A stretch of 64,000 nucleotides of DNA, taken from Camelus dromedarius. Lineage: Eukaryota. The notes under the pieces are model-generated. The model searched no databases and was not told the DNA's origin. It was given only the letters and a program-made list of their open reading frames with translations. Where the stretch lies: assembly GCF_036321535.1 (NCBI RefSeq), contig NC_087436.1, positions 36,210,001-36,274,000 of the forward strand, written 5' to 3'. The position numbers and the translations under genes were made by a program. Below, piece after piece: positions 13,885 through 27,961 of this stretch; the first letter of the stretch is position 1, and each line of letters begins with the position of its first letter.

Positions 13885-14625
13885 AAAACAGTTCAGAGGT
13901 TCCTCAGAAAATTAAAAATAAAACTACTGTATGATCCAATTCCACTTGTGGGTATTTATTCAAAGAAAACAAAATCACTAGCCCAAGAAAGAAAATCTGC
14001 ACCCATGTTCACTGCAGCACTATTTACAATACCCTAGACATGGAAACAACTGAAGTGCCCATCATTGATGGATGAAAAGATAAAGAAAATGTAAAATGCG
14101 CACACACACACACAACATAGGAAAATTATTCGCCATAAAAAAAAAGGAGAAAATCCTGCCATTTGTGACAACATGGATGGCCCTTAAGGGCATTATGCTA
14201 AGTGAAATAAGTCAGACAGACAAAGATATATACTGCATGATATCATTTATATGTGGAATAATAAAAAAAAAACACCTCATAGATACAGAGAACAGATTGA
14301 TTGCCAGAAGAAGGGGCTGGGGAGGTGGACAGAATGGGTAAAGGTGGTCTAAATGTACAAACTTCCAATTACAAGACAAATAAGTCCTGGGATGTAACAC
14401 ACAGCATGGAGATTACAGTTAACAATGCTGTGTTGTGTAACTGAAAGTTGCTAGGAGGGCAGATCTTAGAAGTTCTCATTCTAAGGAAAAAAATCTAACT
14501 ATGTGAGATGACAGGTGTTGACTAAACTTACTGTGGTGATCATTTCACAATATATGCATACATCAAATCATATTGTACAACTAAAACTAGTACAATGCTG
14601 TATGTCAATTATATCTCAATTTAAA
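13885..14625 (+). mobile_element. L1MA9-like 3' fragment
   Basis: Translates to KILPFVTTWMALKGIMLSEISQ (ORF2 end), followed by an L1MA-type 3' UTR ending TCAATTATATCTCAAT. Confidence 0.85.
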
Positions 14626-14927
14626 GGAGGAGAAGGAGGGGGAGAATGGGAAGGGAGAGGAAGGGAGGAGCAGGCAGAGAAAGCTGCTAGCTTCCATGCC
14701 CCCAGGCAAGCACCAGTCATGGAAGGAGGCGCCTCCCTGGGGCCTCAGTGGTGAGCTGGGGACCAAAGCAAAACTAAACGATCTCAGTGTTAATAAGAGG
14801 CCAGTCTAGTGTCTCTACCAGGAACAGTCTGCCCCACATCCTTGGGACATCACTGTGAATAAAGTGGTCCTATCCAAGCCAGGACTGAGCACACAGGCCA
14901 GTCTAGGATTTATGCCAACAAGGGCCC

Positions 14928-15352
14928 TGTGATTGTTAATTTCATGTGTCAACTTGGCTGGGCCACAGTGCCCAGATATTTGGTCAAACATTATTCCGGA
15001 TGTTTCCATTGGAGTGATTTTGAATGAGATTTATATTAAACAGACAGACTCTGAGTAAAGCAAATTGTCCTCCACAATGTGGGTGGCCTCATTCAATCAC
15101 TTGAAGGCCTGGGTAGAACAAGACTGACCTCCCCAGAGTAAGAAGGAATTCTGCCAGCAGATGACCTTTCGAACTTGAACCACAGCATCAGTTCTCTGGG
15201 TCTCCATCCTGACAGGTTGTCAGCTTCCAAAATTACATGAACCACTTTCTTAAAATAAATCTCTCCTTCCCCCTGCCCCTCTCCTCCTCCCCACTCTTTC
15301 TCAGATATAGCTCTTAATAGTTCTGTTTCTCTGGAGAACCCTGACTAATGCA
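14928..15352 (+). mobile_element. ERVL LTR (MLT2-like)
   Basis: Starts TGTGATTGTTAATTTCATGTGTCAACTTGGCTGGGCCAC and ends TTCTGTTTCTCTGGAGAACCCTGACTAAT, matching MLT2 termini. Confidence 0.85.
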
Positions 15353-16084
15353 GTCCTCTTAAAAACTGGCTTGCTAGATCATCGGGAGATAAGCATCTGC
15401 TGAGTCACTGCCCTAGGCAGCATCTTCACACAGCAGGGCGAGCCTCTGTAATGAGACTCCAAAGTCAGGTTGACCTGCTGTGAGCACTGCTGCCCCCGTG
15501 CATCAAACCCGGTCCACAGGGTCAGTCCAAACTGCACCAGCACTGCTCTCCTCCTATCCCTACTGCTTCCATTAAGTTTAACCCATCCCTCTGTGACCCC
15601 ATCCAGTCCCTTCACATCTTTCCCAAGTCACTGTTCCACCAGCATAGTTTTCTAAAGAACAGTTATAATCCTCTCACCTTAGAATAGTAAAATATATTTG
15701 CAGAATAGATTTAGATTTAGATTTATGATGTGCTTTGACTTAGTGAATTAGAAATAATGTCCTACTTTCAAGTACTAATTAAGCATCATTTTCCAAAGCA
15801 GAGTAAAGCAGTTATATTGATAATGACCAAGGCCACGCATCTCTGATTGGGACTTAAGTGGAAGCAAGCCAAGGGGATGGAGTGCGTGAGAAGTGGGTTC
15901 CTTCTAACAAGCTGGCACAGGTCTGAGAGCTGCTCATCAGCAATCAGTCCACTAGTGTGCTGCATCCCCCTGTAAGACCGATGACCAAAGACCCCACCCA
16001 CAGCTCCACCCTCCCAAGACAGGAACCGATGGTTACTTCTCCTCTCTCTGTTCCTTCATATTCACACACCCCAGAAAATAGTAC

Positions 16085-17923
16085 CTTCCAAGGAAAATTA
16101 GTTGATTGCAAAACATCTATGTAAATAACAAAATGAACCCTCCTGCTTTATGGGGCTATTAGCCACATAGCTGTTAAAGGTTGGGTAGAGGGCCTAGTAA
16201 ATAGTGTAACTTTGTTTATAACAAGAACCTAAAGCATCACTTTTTGGTGGTAATAAGGTAACAGTCAGCTGCCTGGCAAGCACATACTTGCCTCCTAACA
16301 CCCCATTCAGCAGTCACTCCTGTTGGAAGCCCTTTCTGACTTTCCTATTAGAATCGACTGTCTTCCTTCATATGACCTCACTCTTCCCACAGGACACAAC
16401 ACAAGCAAAGCAGCCGTGACATTTCAGGGCCCTTACTGACTTACACCTCTTTCTTGTCCTGCCAGACAGTACACATCTTAAGGAGCAGGAGCCTTTTTTA
16501 AATTAAAGTATGGTTGATCTACAATACTGTGTTACTTTCAGGTGTTAGGGGCCTATCTTACTTGACTTTTAATCCCTAGCACCCAACGCTATATATGATG
16601 ACATAGCAGCCACTCTGTGGTTAAAATAACAAATCAATAAGTACACTGTTTTTTATTGCGGTATAACTTATCTGGTCCCAAATAATATTTAACATGAGTT
16701 ACAAATATATTGACAATATACCAAGACAAAAAAAAATTTTAAATGGCTTTTAAATGAGGCAAATAGAAAAGAAGAGTTGAAAACTGGTGAAGCCAGGACT
16801 GAGATTATTATACTTGCTAGAAGGAGATCATGTATTTGGCTTTCTAGAAGCCAGGAGCAATAACAGGTTTTCCAGAGTCCATTAAACTGGGTTAAAACAA
16901 ACTGGCCACTAAGAAGAAGCGTAACTAGTTCTGACATAGTTACCAGAGAGAAATTTCTCTCAAGAGACCTCAGAGTGGGCACTACATACAAGAGCAGCCT
17001 TAAATACTTCTTAGAATTAACTGAGAGATGAGTTTCACAGAGATGTTACTCTCAAAAATCACTCACCATAAACTACAGGCTCACCCCAACACATTCAAAT
17101 TGGTTCTCCCACTGATGGTCCAGTTAATTAGAAGATATACTTCAATTGTCAGTGGCAATGTCCTTAATATATTTTGGGACATGGACAAGTTTCTGAGAAT
17201 CTGAAAAAAGGTTATGTATCCTCTTAGAAAAACACCCTGACACAATATTTTGCATATATTTTCAAGGAATTATGGAAACCTGAAGCTTTTCCGTGAACCA
17301 CCCAGGTTAAAGTCCCCAACCTGGAGGAAAGATGTACTGTATATCCTTGAGTGGGGCTCCAGTAAATACTATTTCCCACAGCAGGACTTATAAAAGGTTC
17401 TGCTCTCTCGCCTACATACAGAGCAAAACCATGTGCTTTAACGGTCAGCCAGGGTGAGCATTAGGCTCTCTGGAGGAAAACAGAGGTGCCTGATGGGAAT
17501 ACCCACCCACTTCTGCAGGTCATATCACAGGCAAAGCCAAGATTCTCCAGAATTCTACAACATAAAAGCTCTACTGTTCCACATCATTCACACGGTTAAA
17601 AATAAGTCTGGAAAATACTCAAAAGACGTCTAACCAAACAGATATGCCAACTAGTTTTTTTTTTTTTCCCTTAATCTCATTGAAACACTCAAACAGTATC
17701 TACTTTTTGAGTAACGTAACTTCCTGCAATGGCTTCCAAGAAAAATTAGTTGAGCTGTAAAACATACATGTAAATCACTAAATGAATTCTACTGCTGTAT
17801 GAAGATGTTAGCTATGCTGCTGTTTAAAGTCAGGTGGAGGGTCTAGCAAAAGATTATAACTTCGAATTATTATTAGAATTTAAAGCTTTACTTTTGGGTG
17901 GTAATTAGATAATAGAGTCAGTT
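16085..17923 (+). repeat. Diverged direct repeat pair (16085-16270 and 17733-17923)
   Basis: Colinear similarity over ~190 bp, e.g. CTTCCAAGGAAAATTAGTTGA vs CTTCCAAGAAAAATTAGTTGA, and TTTTGGTGGTAAT vs TTTGGGTGGTAAT. Confidence 0.8.
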
Positions 17924-18533
17924 ATCTATTAAGAAAACTTCTGTATCACCAATTTTATTTATCTTTAATTTTTTACCTTTTAGAGGGAGAGCATACTTCC
18001 AGTTCATCAAAGGTGATTCTGTTCTTGGGCCCTGGCCTAAGAAGCCCAAACATGGAAAACTCTAGACTCTCTCCCAGAGAAAACGTGCTCCTTCTGAAGA
18101 AGGTTGTTATGGGGAATCTGGTCAGATGTTTCACTGAAATCAACATATTAAGCCCATGTATGTTACCACTCTTCCATTACATTATTATGATATTTACTAC
18201 TTTCTCTGTTATTTTCTTTATTCAGTATCCTCAGGCCTCTTGGAATTTTTCTTTAAAGGGCCTACATCCAGCTTACTACCTACTACAGTTTTGAGAAAAT
18301 ATCTTCATCCCACTTTTTGATATCTAAGACAACCACCCACCTGCTGGTCACTTTCCTATTCTCTGTAATTCTCATTGACTTTGAACAGTGCCTACATCTC
18401 TAAGCAATGTGTGTACCAGTGGACTGGACTCTTTCAAGCCCATAATGTTCTTCTGAAGAGAGGAAAAATAAGATCAAAGCTGCTCTTCTGAAAGATTACT
18501 CTGCCGAAGAACAATATCCAGTTGATTACAGGG

Positions 18534-18890
18534 TGTTATGGGCTGAATTGTATCCCCACCCACTCATTCATATGCTGAAGCCCTAAGTCCCAGCACCTCA
18601 GACAATGACTGTATGTGGAGGCAGGGCCTCTGATGAGGTGATTAAGTTAAAATGACACCATCAGGGTGGGCCCTAACCCAATCTGAATGGTGTCCTTACA
18701 AGAAGAGGAAATCTGTATGTGTGCAGAGAGATGACCATGTGAAAAGGCAGCAAGGCGGTGTTCGTCTGCCAGGAAAGGACTCAGAAAGACCAAACCTGCT
18801 GACACCTTAACCTTGGACTTCCAGCCCTCCAAACTATGAGAAAATAAATGTCTGTTTATTTTGTTACAGCAGCCCTGGCAAACTCATACA
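18534..18890 (+). mobile_element. MaLR LTR (MLT1A/B-like)
   Basis: TGTTATGGGCTGAATTGT...GGTGGGCCCTAACCCAAT...TTGGACTTCCAGCC...TTGTTACAGCAGCCCTGGCAAACTCATACA. Confidence 0.85.
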
Positions 18891-19735
18891 GATGGGATCG
18901 GTTAGAAGGAAGTTCCAACAGTCAGGGACAGAACCAGAACAGCTGCAGCAACAATGCAGAGACAGCGTGAGTGTAACAGGCACAGCAGAACTAAAATGCA
19001 TCCTGCATGAGAAGTGGACGTGAGGACTGAGGAACATGAAGGGTAGAAATTTACTCCAAGAGGTGGGCCTGGCTGGCAAGAAATTTTATAAATTTAAAAT
19101 ACAGAGGAGTCAAAAAAGGGGGAAAGTCAAGGAAAGGAGTTTCATTTTAGACACATTTCTAGATGTCTAGCTAAGCTCTTTCTTCATCTCTCTTTTTCTG
19201 TCTCAGTCTTAATTTCCTCACATACTAGACAGTCAATTATTTGTTGACTGACAATTTCACTTGGTGAAGAAGATTAAATAAAACAGGTCCAAGGACATCT
19301 GATTTTTTTTCTTTTGGTATTTTTTTTTTTAATCTTATACTAAATGTCCTTAAATAGTGAGCCTATTTCAAATTTCCCCGAAAGGACCTAACTATACTTT
19401 TTAAACATTCTTTTAGTTATTCCCTTTGCATTTTCTGAATGCCCTAGTTATTCTGCATTTTAATTTTTCAGACCTTGTCTTTAAGGTTCAATCCACTCTT
19501 ACATAGTTTTTATTCTTAATTATATCCTATTATCTCTATTTTAATTTTTAAATTAAATATGCCACTTAAAAATCTTTGAGTTCTTCAGAAAGCAACCCCT
19601 CAATATTAATGGATTGTTTCATACTAAATCATGACAGAAATATTTTCTAAACAAAAAAGAATGCAATAAAGGAGTGGGAGAAAAGATGGCAGAGATCTTA
19701 ACTCTGCTAGACATAGTAAAGGTTACAGGAAGAGT

Positions 19736-19898
19736 TTTTTTTTTTTTTTTAACATTTTTTAATTGAGTTATAGTCATTTTATAATGTGTCCAATTTCAGT
19801 GTAGAGCACAATTTTTCAGTTATACATGAACATACATATATTCATTGTCACATTTTTTTTCACTGTGAGCTACCACAAGATCTTGTATATATTTTCCT
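19736..19898 (-). mobile_element. Young L1 extreme 3' tail (sense to FGF2)
   Basis: Poly(T), then the reverse complement of the tail seen at ~56190-56330. Confidence 0.85.
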
Positions 19899-22209
19899 AT
19901 TTTTTAAACTATTTCTGTTCAAATTTCTGCTACCCTGTCCATCTGGAATTCTGCCCATGAGCCTGTATTCTAAACACTAAGTCTGGAAGGCACATTAATT
20001 ACTTGTCACAAACAAAGAGATCATGTTTTGAAAAACCAATAGCAAAAACTCCTCCCTTACCTGTAAAATGAGGATAATGATACTTTTTTCATAAGATAGT
20101 AAGAAGATTAAATATACTGTTTGTAAAGCTGACAGAGCCTGTTCTCAAGAACAGCATTCATTCACTCATTCAAAAAACACTCAGTAAATAAGGTCCTAGG
20201 AATACAGAGGGGAAGGCCAAACAACTGGCCCCTCCTCTACAAAGGTTCAGGGACTTTGCCGAGTTGCCATGGCAGTCTCCCTAGGTGTCTGGTGAGGGCT
20301 GGAGAGACCCCAAGACCTCTTCATGGCTTTAATACCCTCTCTCCAAAACAACTGTGTCTCACTTTTCCCACCCTGTAACCAATGAAGGTACTGCTGCAAC
20401 TCATTTTTTAATCCAACATCTGTTACATGTCTTCTTCATATATTAGTGTCCTCTACTAAACCAGTTAGCAAGATTGCCTTCCCAATTTTACTTGCATTAT
20501 ATTAATGGAATATAATATAAATTGTTCAGTTGTAAATATTATGCAAGATATTCTAAAACTAACAAACATACTCAAAATAGAGTATTTATCTTCTCACATA
20601 ATTGTTTTGACAAATGCCTTGCCTCAAAGACAGGAAAGTAAGGTTAATCAATCTTACATTTAAAGATTAAAGATTAAATTTGACTTAGAAAAAAAGGCTC
20701 TCCAAATTTTTGTTTCCAGTGAGACAAAAAGAAAAGAGGGCCAACTATGCAGAATGCAGGATTACATCATCTCAGATTCAGAATTTCCAAGATGAAAGGG
20801 ACTTTCTTCTCGAGTCCCCATCCATTTCAAGTAGTCATCCAGCCAGTGAATAAATGACACTTCCCCCATACACACACACACACACACGCAATCTTCAAAT
20901 GAGCCAAAGCTACAAATAGCTATGAAGAGAAAGGTCAAATGACATGAAAGAATTTTTTTAAAAAGCTAGGCAAGAAAAGAAAATTAATAGAAAAGTGAAA
21001 ATATATCAAGAAGACATGTGACAGATATAAAAGATACGTATTAGGCAGTAGATTAACTTCATTTCTAATTCAAAACAAAGACTTTTCATCAAGTGTTATA
21101 TTCCAAAAACTAATTTTTTAAATGAAGGTATTGTATGACTGTTACTCCTTTCCATTTCCTATTTATGTTACGACCACCTACAAACCTATGAATTGTTTTC
21201 TATTTCCAAAATGATTCAGCTTAGAAAGGAGTAGAATGAGACTGGTCATTCAGCAATCTCTCCCACCCACCCTTGCAGACATCACATCACAAAGACTATG
21301 ACTCACTTTGTCATACAATTTCTATCCTTTTGAGAGTTTTCAGGTTGTTGTGACGAATACTGGCTCATAAATCTGAATGAATATTAGGATGAAACTATTT
21401 GTGCCATTTCCTTACAGCCAAAAGGGCTACTAACAGTGGTACCAGACAGTTCTTAACCCTAATTTATAAAATGATTCACTGGTTTTAGACTTGAGAGAGA
21501 GATTTAAGGATTAAAATGTCTGATTCAAGTATGAATTCTCAGATCTGCATTATTTAATTATAGAATTATAACTAGTTCTGGAATTGGCTAGAAATACTGA
21601 CATGTTATTCAACAGCTAAAAAGAAGACCTTCCACAGTAAAAAGTCATCATAACAAATGATTATGTTTTACCCTTTATTGCTTCCTTTGAATAATATGAA
21701 AGGTGTCTGCAGAAGGAACCACAGTGATGCTACATTCAGTTTATCCATTTTACACCCTTCCTACTGAAGTATTTACGCTTTTTTTTTTTTTGAGAGTTCT
21801 AGCTCATTTGACAATGTGAACTGAACCTCTTCATGGGCCTCAGCCTGGCCATTCATTTAGCAGGAGCCAAGGGGACCCCAGGGTAAGTCCAGTCTCAGGA
21901 CTCAGTAGAAAAGAGATTAAAGAATGATTAAGTAATGTTGTTTAATTTTTTTTTTTAAATCCTTGCCAACTAGGAATTTCCAATAAAATTGAAGGACATG
22001 AAGTTAAAACACACCAAGCTATTAGAGAGAATTCTGAGATAGTATGCAGGAAAAACAGTACCAGATATTATGAAAGAAATGGGGCTTGACATATGCCCAG
22101 GACTGGGATCAGGTAAGAGGGTTGAGAGGACCTTCCTGTTCAGGGAAAGGCAGCCAATTAAAGGCTAAGAGAAGAAGGAGGATGTGAGAAGACAGAAAGG
22201 AAGTTAGAA

Positions 22210-23380
22210 GACTTGGCTTAATGTGCTGGGTACATGCTGAACTTAACACACATTCTTTGAATGGACACTGTGGGAGGACAGAACATCTGACCCAGTCCTT
22301 GCCTATAAGGAGCTCACAGTCCCAGCACAGGAGACAAATATGTACAAAATTAATTACAACAAAAATCATTAAGTTCTGCAGAAGAATATGTAGCAAACAC
22401 TATGGGGAAAACAGAGGTAGAAAGACTAAATTCTCCCTGGGTAAGGTAAAAGAAAGTTTTGCAAAGGGGAAGACTGTTGAGCCTGCTCTTAAAATATTTT
22501 TCCAGATAAAGATGGGAGTGGGAAGAGGGTGTGAGAGAGGAATTAATAAGAAAAAGAAGGATTTTCCAAAAACAAGGATCACATGAGGAAAGGCCAATCG
22601 TTGTAATAGTGATGGTTCTGTCGGATTAGAGACTGTAATCAAAGCACAGAACTCTGGCAGCATCAGGGGAGCGTGGATGGTAAAGAGCGAGAAGTAAGAT
22701 TGAGGTAGCTCACATTTAAGAGGGAAAGTCAGAGAGAGTCTGATCATAGATAAGTAAAGGACAGGGGAAATCTAGAGGGAGGGCAAAGAAAAGTCACTAA
22801 GGCAGGGAAAGCACCAAGGTGCCTAGCTTTGGAGACTAAAGAATAATTTCACTACAAACAAATTTGTAGGAAGAATGCTAGTTTGGGGAAATGATGCTCC
22901 ATTTCACACAGGCTGAGTTGTGGCTGTGGCGGTGTATCTGTCCTTCCAGCAGCAGGAAACACGGAACTAACACACAGATGGGAAATCAGAGATGGAGACA
23001 ATACACGATCTGCTGAAGGAACAGGAGTACACAGCTAGAAGGGGAAAGGGCCAAAAACAGAGCCTTAGGGAATACGAAAGCAAAAGTTCAAAAGAAGGAG
23101 AACCCAGAGGAAAAGACAATTGGGTGAGATGAAAGGAAACAAGGTTGATATGGTGTCACAGAAGCCAAGGAATTCTCAGGAAGACAGAGGCAGACAGTGG
23201 TATCAAATGTCAGAAGCAAGATGACAAATTGGGTAAGTCCACGTGATGGAACTGGAAGAATGCTGAGGCCCAGAATGATTCAAGTAGAATACTGGGAGCA
23301 AAATCCAGAGTTAAAAAGAGAAAAGGGGATGAAGTAGAAGAGGAGAGTACAGGATGCTATGCTCTTGGCCCAAAAGAATG
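22210..23380. mobile_element. Degraded L2 fragments
   Basis: Purine-rich tract with L2-like phrases (CCTTGCCTATAAGGAGCTCACAGTC; GGTGTCACAGAAGCCAAGG; TATCAAATG). Confidence 0.5.
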
Positions 23381-23641
23381 AACAACTAATGCACAGCAAA
23401 CCTGAGGAATTTTATATCACACACTACATGATAAAAATCATAGGTGCTTTTAAAACAAAATAGAATTTGTAGTGAGAGTTTTAAACTAATTATCCTATGA
23501 AATGATTCACCTTTCTATAGATTACCCTAAAAAATGCTAATAGCTAACTTCTAAGATTCCAAAATATTTTCCAAATACAATTTTGTTACATATAATCATC
23601 TTCATTAAAAGGCTGATAAGATCTCATAAAACTGGTAAGAC

Positions 23642-24240
23642 CAAAAAGACACCTGCACCCCAATATTCATAGCAGCACTATTTACAATAGCCAAGACATG
23701 GAAGCAACCTAAATGTCCATCAACAGATGACTGGATGAAGTTATGGTATATTTATACAATAGAATACTATTCAGCCATAAAAAGGAATAAAATAATGCCA
23801 TCTGCAGCAACATGGATGGACCTGGAGATCGTCATTCTAAGTGAAGCCAGAAAGAGAAAAAAAATACTATAGGATATCACTTATATGTGGAATCTAAAAA
23901 AAAAAAAAAAAAAAAGACAATTGAACTTATTTACAAAACAGAAACAGACTCACAGACATAGAAAACAAGCTTATGGTTACCGGGGTGGGGGGGGGAGGGG
24001 AGGAAGGAAGGATAAAATTGAGAGTTTGGGATTAGCAGATACTAACTGCTATATATAAAACAGATAAACAACAAGGTCCTACTATACAGTACAGGGAACT
24101 ATATTCACTATCTTGCAATAGCCTATAATGAAAAAGAATATGAAAAGGAATATATATATATAGATAACTGAATCACTATGCTGTACATCAGAAATCAGCA
24201 AAACATTGTAAACTGACTATGCTTCAATGGAAAAAAAAAA
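23642..24240 (+). mobile_element. Lineage-specific L1 3' fragment
   Basis: AAAGACACCTGCACCCCAATATTCATAGCAGCAC through the 3' UTR to an A tail. Confidence 0.9.
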
Positions 24241-27200
24241 GTCTGACCAAGTGTCTAAATGTATGTTACTGCACCAAGAGAACTATAAACCTCAACCAGG
24301 CTTTATACAGCGTGTGGCCCATGAGGAGGAGCTGTCCCATGGGAAGGTCCATATAGAATGTTTTCACCATCAGCTGATATTTAGTGAAAATTCCTTGAGT
24401 GAAACCTACAAGCCTTTCATAATGTTTATGTATATGGAGAAGTCATAGTTTCTACTTTAAGGTGTATCTTTTCGAAGTGCCTAAATCATGAACAGAGAAT
24501 AAGCAACTCACAGAATCTAGCAATATCATTCTTATACAAATTTCCCTAAAAAGAATAAAATAAATTTGAAAAAAAATTTTCCCCCAGAATATCTTGCAAA
24601 TCTGTGTACCTTACACTTCAGAATTCCACAGGATCATTCAATTTAGAGGATAAGTTAATATGAGGAGATAAACAGCCCTTTGACAAAACAAATGCAAACA
24701 TATACACTACTGATCTTTGTAAATGAATAAGTAAGCATTAAAGATACACTAGTCAACTCATAAATCGCCCTATGCAGGTAGTGACAGAGGACAGCTGAGA
24801 CAAGAAATGAATTAAACACTGAGTATCGGCTATCTGCTGCCTCCAGGCCCTCCAAATCTCTTCAAAATAAGAATATTCCAAAGGAATTTAGAATGGGACT
24901 AGTCTGGCTTCTAAGAACTACAGTCTACGGCTCCATGGGTGAGGTTCTCCGGCAGTCAGCACTTCTCTTTAGTCTTCTCCTGAATTTCTACGGCTATGAA
25001 CAACCTGACTGAGACAGAGGATGCAACAGCTAACCCCCAACCACAGAGACAACAAGGAAACACTGAAAATCCTGGTGCCACAACTGCAGTTCCCAGGGAT
25101 CCAACCAAAATTCTACATTGATAATCGTTATTCTGAATTATTTTGCAAACAACCAAGCATTAAATATTTATTTAGCACTGACAACACACAAGTATAAAAC
25201 CAGATCCCTGATTTCAGAGTGCAGAAAGTGACAAGTTCAAAAACAAAGTACTCTTGTTCGGCTAGAACATGATAATGAGGTTAAGGTTTGTGTCCCGACA
25301 TGCCGATTTGCCTTGCTATGATTCCCAGTCATAGACTCATGCCCCAGGCAGCCTTCTTACAGATGTCTTACAGGACAGAGGGGCCCAAGCAGGGTGTTTC
25401 GAAAATTGAACTGGAATTGGAAAAACAAGCAAAGGCTATGGCACATGTCTAGTTACTATCCTGTTGTGCAGGCATCTTGTGGTTTGAAAATAACGATTTT
25501 AATAACATGAGACCTTAAATCACCCTCTTCCATATTGCTGACAGTGATTTCTGAGAATCAACATGTAGATGAACAAAGTCAATTTTATATTTATAATATA
25601 CAAAGGATGGTTCTTGTTTTATGACATCTATAACAATTTATTTTCAAATTAAACTTAAAACTCATGGCCATGCACTTAAAATAGTATAAGTCAGAATGAG
25701 AATACTTAGAACCTGCTGGTTACACCATTGTCAAAGTCTAATTACACGATGGCCATTTTATAAACACAACGAAAGCCTTCAGGCCATGTCACAAGAGGCT
25801 ATTGCCTTTTCCAGGCTGAAGTCACTTGGCATCAAACTCATCTTTAAAGGCTCCTAAGGTGTGGTAATATCTATGAGTCATGAACTGTTCTTTCATTGCT
25901 GTACCAATTACATGATTTCCACAATTAAATGAGTTATTAGATTCTTACTTCATTTGTTTACTGCACACAAATAGCACTACAGTAAATAGCATGCTTATTA
26001 AGGCAAACTGGGGGGATCCACTTGCCAGGTATTACCCAAAAAAATGTGGGAGAGGAGAATCTGGTATCATTTAATCAATAGTTCTGTTTACATAAAAGAG
26101 AAGGAATGGTGGTTTGCTCCAATACCCCGGAGTACAACCGAAGGCAACCTGGGAACTCGTAAGAAATCCTCAGAGAAGCTGGCTATGTCAATACTCTGAA
26201 ACGGAGGTAGCCTAAAAGGGGACCCCAGAACGCATTCTCCGGCTGAAAGGAAGAGAGCCAGGAGGCTGCGGGAGGGCAGGGATAGACGGCACGGAGTCAG
26301 GGGGCAAGAACCCGCAGATGCACTCAGGCAATCAGTTACTTTTCTGAACCACAATGTCCTCTTCTACAAAATGAGACTGGTGAACTAAAGGGTCTGAAGC
26401 CTCCGTTTGAGCTTCACAAGTTCACGGGGGCTGCAGGGAATATGTGCCGTGGCACAGGGCACGGCGTCAGACAGCCCGGGATCCCATCTCTGTCCCACGT
26501 GGGAGTGGGCAGGTCCCTGGGTCTCTTCAAGGCTCAGTGTCCTCCGAAGCCTGGACGCAGAGAGTGTGGCAAGCAGGCAGTCACCTCCTGGGAGAAGCCC
26601 AAGGGTAGATCCAGCACTTCTAACTACCTTCACTTTTTCCAAAATAAGAGCATCTGGAATAAATTTAATGCTAAAATGTACACGAGCACATACTTTTCCC
26701 TTACCATCTGCCACCACATGTTGTGCATGCTACTTGGGATAAAATGCTCTCTCTTTATGTTTTTACATGGTTCACTACTTCACAGTATACACTTAACGTT
26801 ACACATTCCCATGGACCTTGGGACCCTTCTTGTCAAAATATGCAGGATGCCAAAGAGTAGGTGGGTGTGCAGCACACACGCTGGAGAAGCAGAGATTCTG
26901 TTTTTATCTTGCTTTCTTATCAAGACTCTCATTTCAAATGAAGGCTATTCCAGGATTATGAGAAAAGTGCAGGAAAACGGGCCTTTTCAGGTGAAAACAA
27001 CTCAAGACAGAACACAAGTAAACAGCACAGCAAAACACTGAGAAGCTGAAAACGCTGGTGTTCAGTCACCTTACCCCTCTCATTTCTGCCACTGTCCTCT
27101 CTGCCCCACACCGCCCTGCGTCCTCTTCAGAACCTGAGTCAGATCCCGGCATCTCACCTTCACCCCACATTTACGCCAGTTTTCAAAGCTTCCCCCCCTC

Positions 27201-27274
27201 AACTCCAGTCCCTCTGCTCAGCTTTTGGGGAAGCAACTGCACTCACAATTTAATTCACACTTCCTTTCAGAGGT

Positions 27275-27428
27275 ACACTCCTCCCTGGGTATGCAGAGGG
27301 GATTGATTCCAGCATCCCCAGCAGATATCAGCATCCGCGGAGGCTCAAGCTCCTCATGGAAAATGGCGTAGCCCAGTCTGCCCCTCGTATCCGCAGATGG
27401 GGAACCCGTGGATACCGAAGACAGACTG
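27275..27428 (+). mobile_element. Short MER2-like (Tigger/TcMar) DNA transposon
   Basis: Flanked by TA on both sides. Contains GGGGATTGATTCCAG, AAAATGGCGTAG and GAACCCGTGGATAC...GACTG. Confidence 0.7.
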
Positions 27429-27961
27429 TATCTGCATTTTAGAAACATCCGGAAAGTGTTAATGCCAAAGGAACAGATCTCCAATGATGGATTTGCAGGT
27501 CATTTGGGAAAAACAGTTTGAGGAATGGGGTCTTGGGTTTTTCAAAGATTCAAACAGGTTTAGATATATGAGCCTTAATTCAATAAGACATGGTAGCAAA
27601 CATTATTTCTCCATGTTTGCTTATCAGTTTTGTTTTGAGGGCTGGAGGGGATGTGGTTGAGAGGGTATTGTTATGTCCATACTCATTTTTTTCTTACGTA
27701 TTTCCCATTAGTCTCCCCCTGGTTTGGTCAACTAGCAGTATACCTTAGACATGCCTGAAAAAAAAAAAACCCTGTACTTAAACTTATGTTCAGGTTGGGC
27801 TACACAAAAATGGTCTAAATTTATCAGTTTTAGATTAATATTCTTGTCTGTCTATTGCCTGGTAAAGGTGATTTGAAAAAAAATCAGTGCTCTCCACAAA
27901 TCTGGATGAGCATTCTACTCTGCACTTTTAACACCTTGTCATTAGCTAGCTATCAAGTTGG

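Noticed and set aside
16840..16860. AGAAGCCAG resembling the reverse complement of the FGF2 exon 2 end
   Set aside because: Match is only ~9 bp; flanks do not encode FGF2 residues.
26442..27041. 199-aa plus-strand ORF
   Set aside because: No recognisable domain, non-ATG start, antisense within the intron; consistent with a chance ORF.
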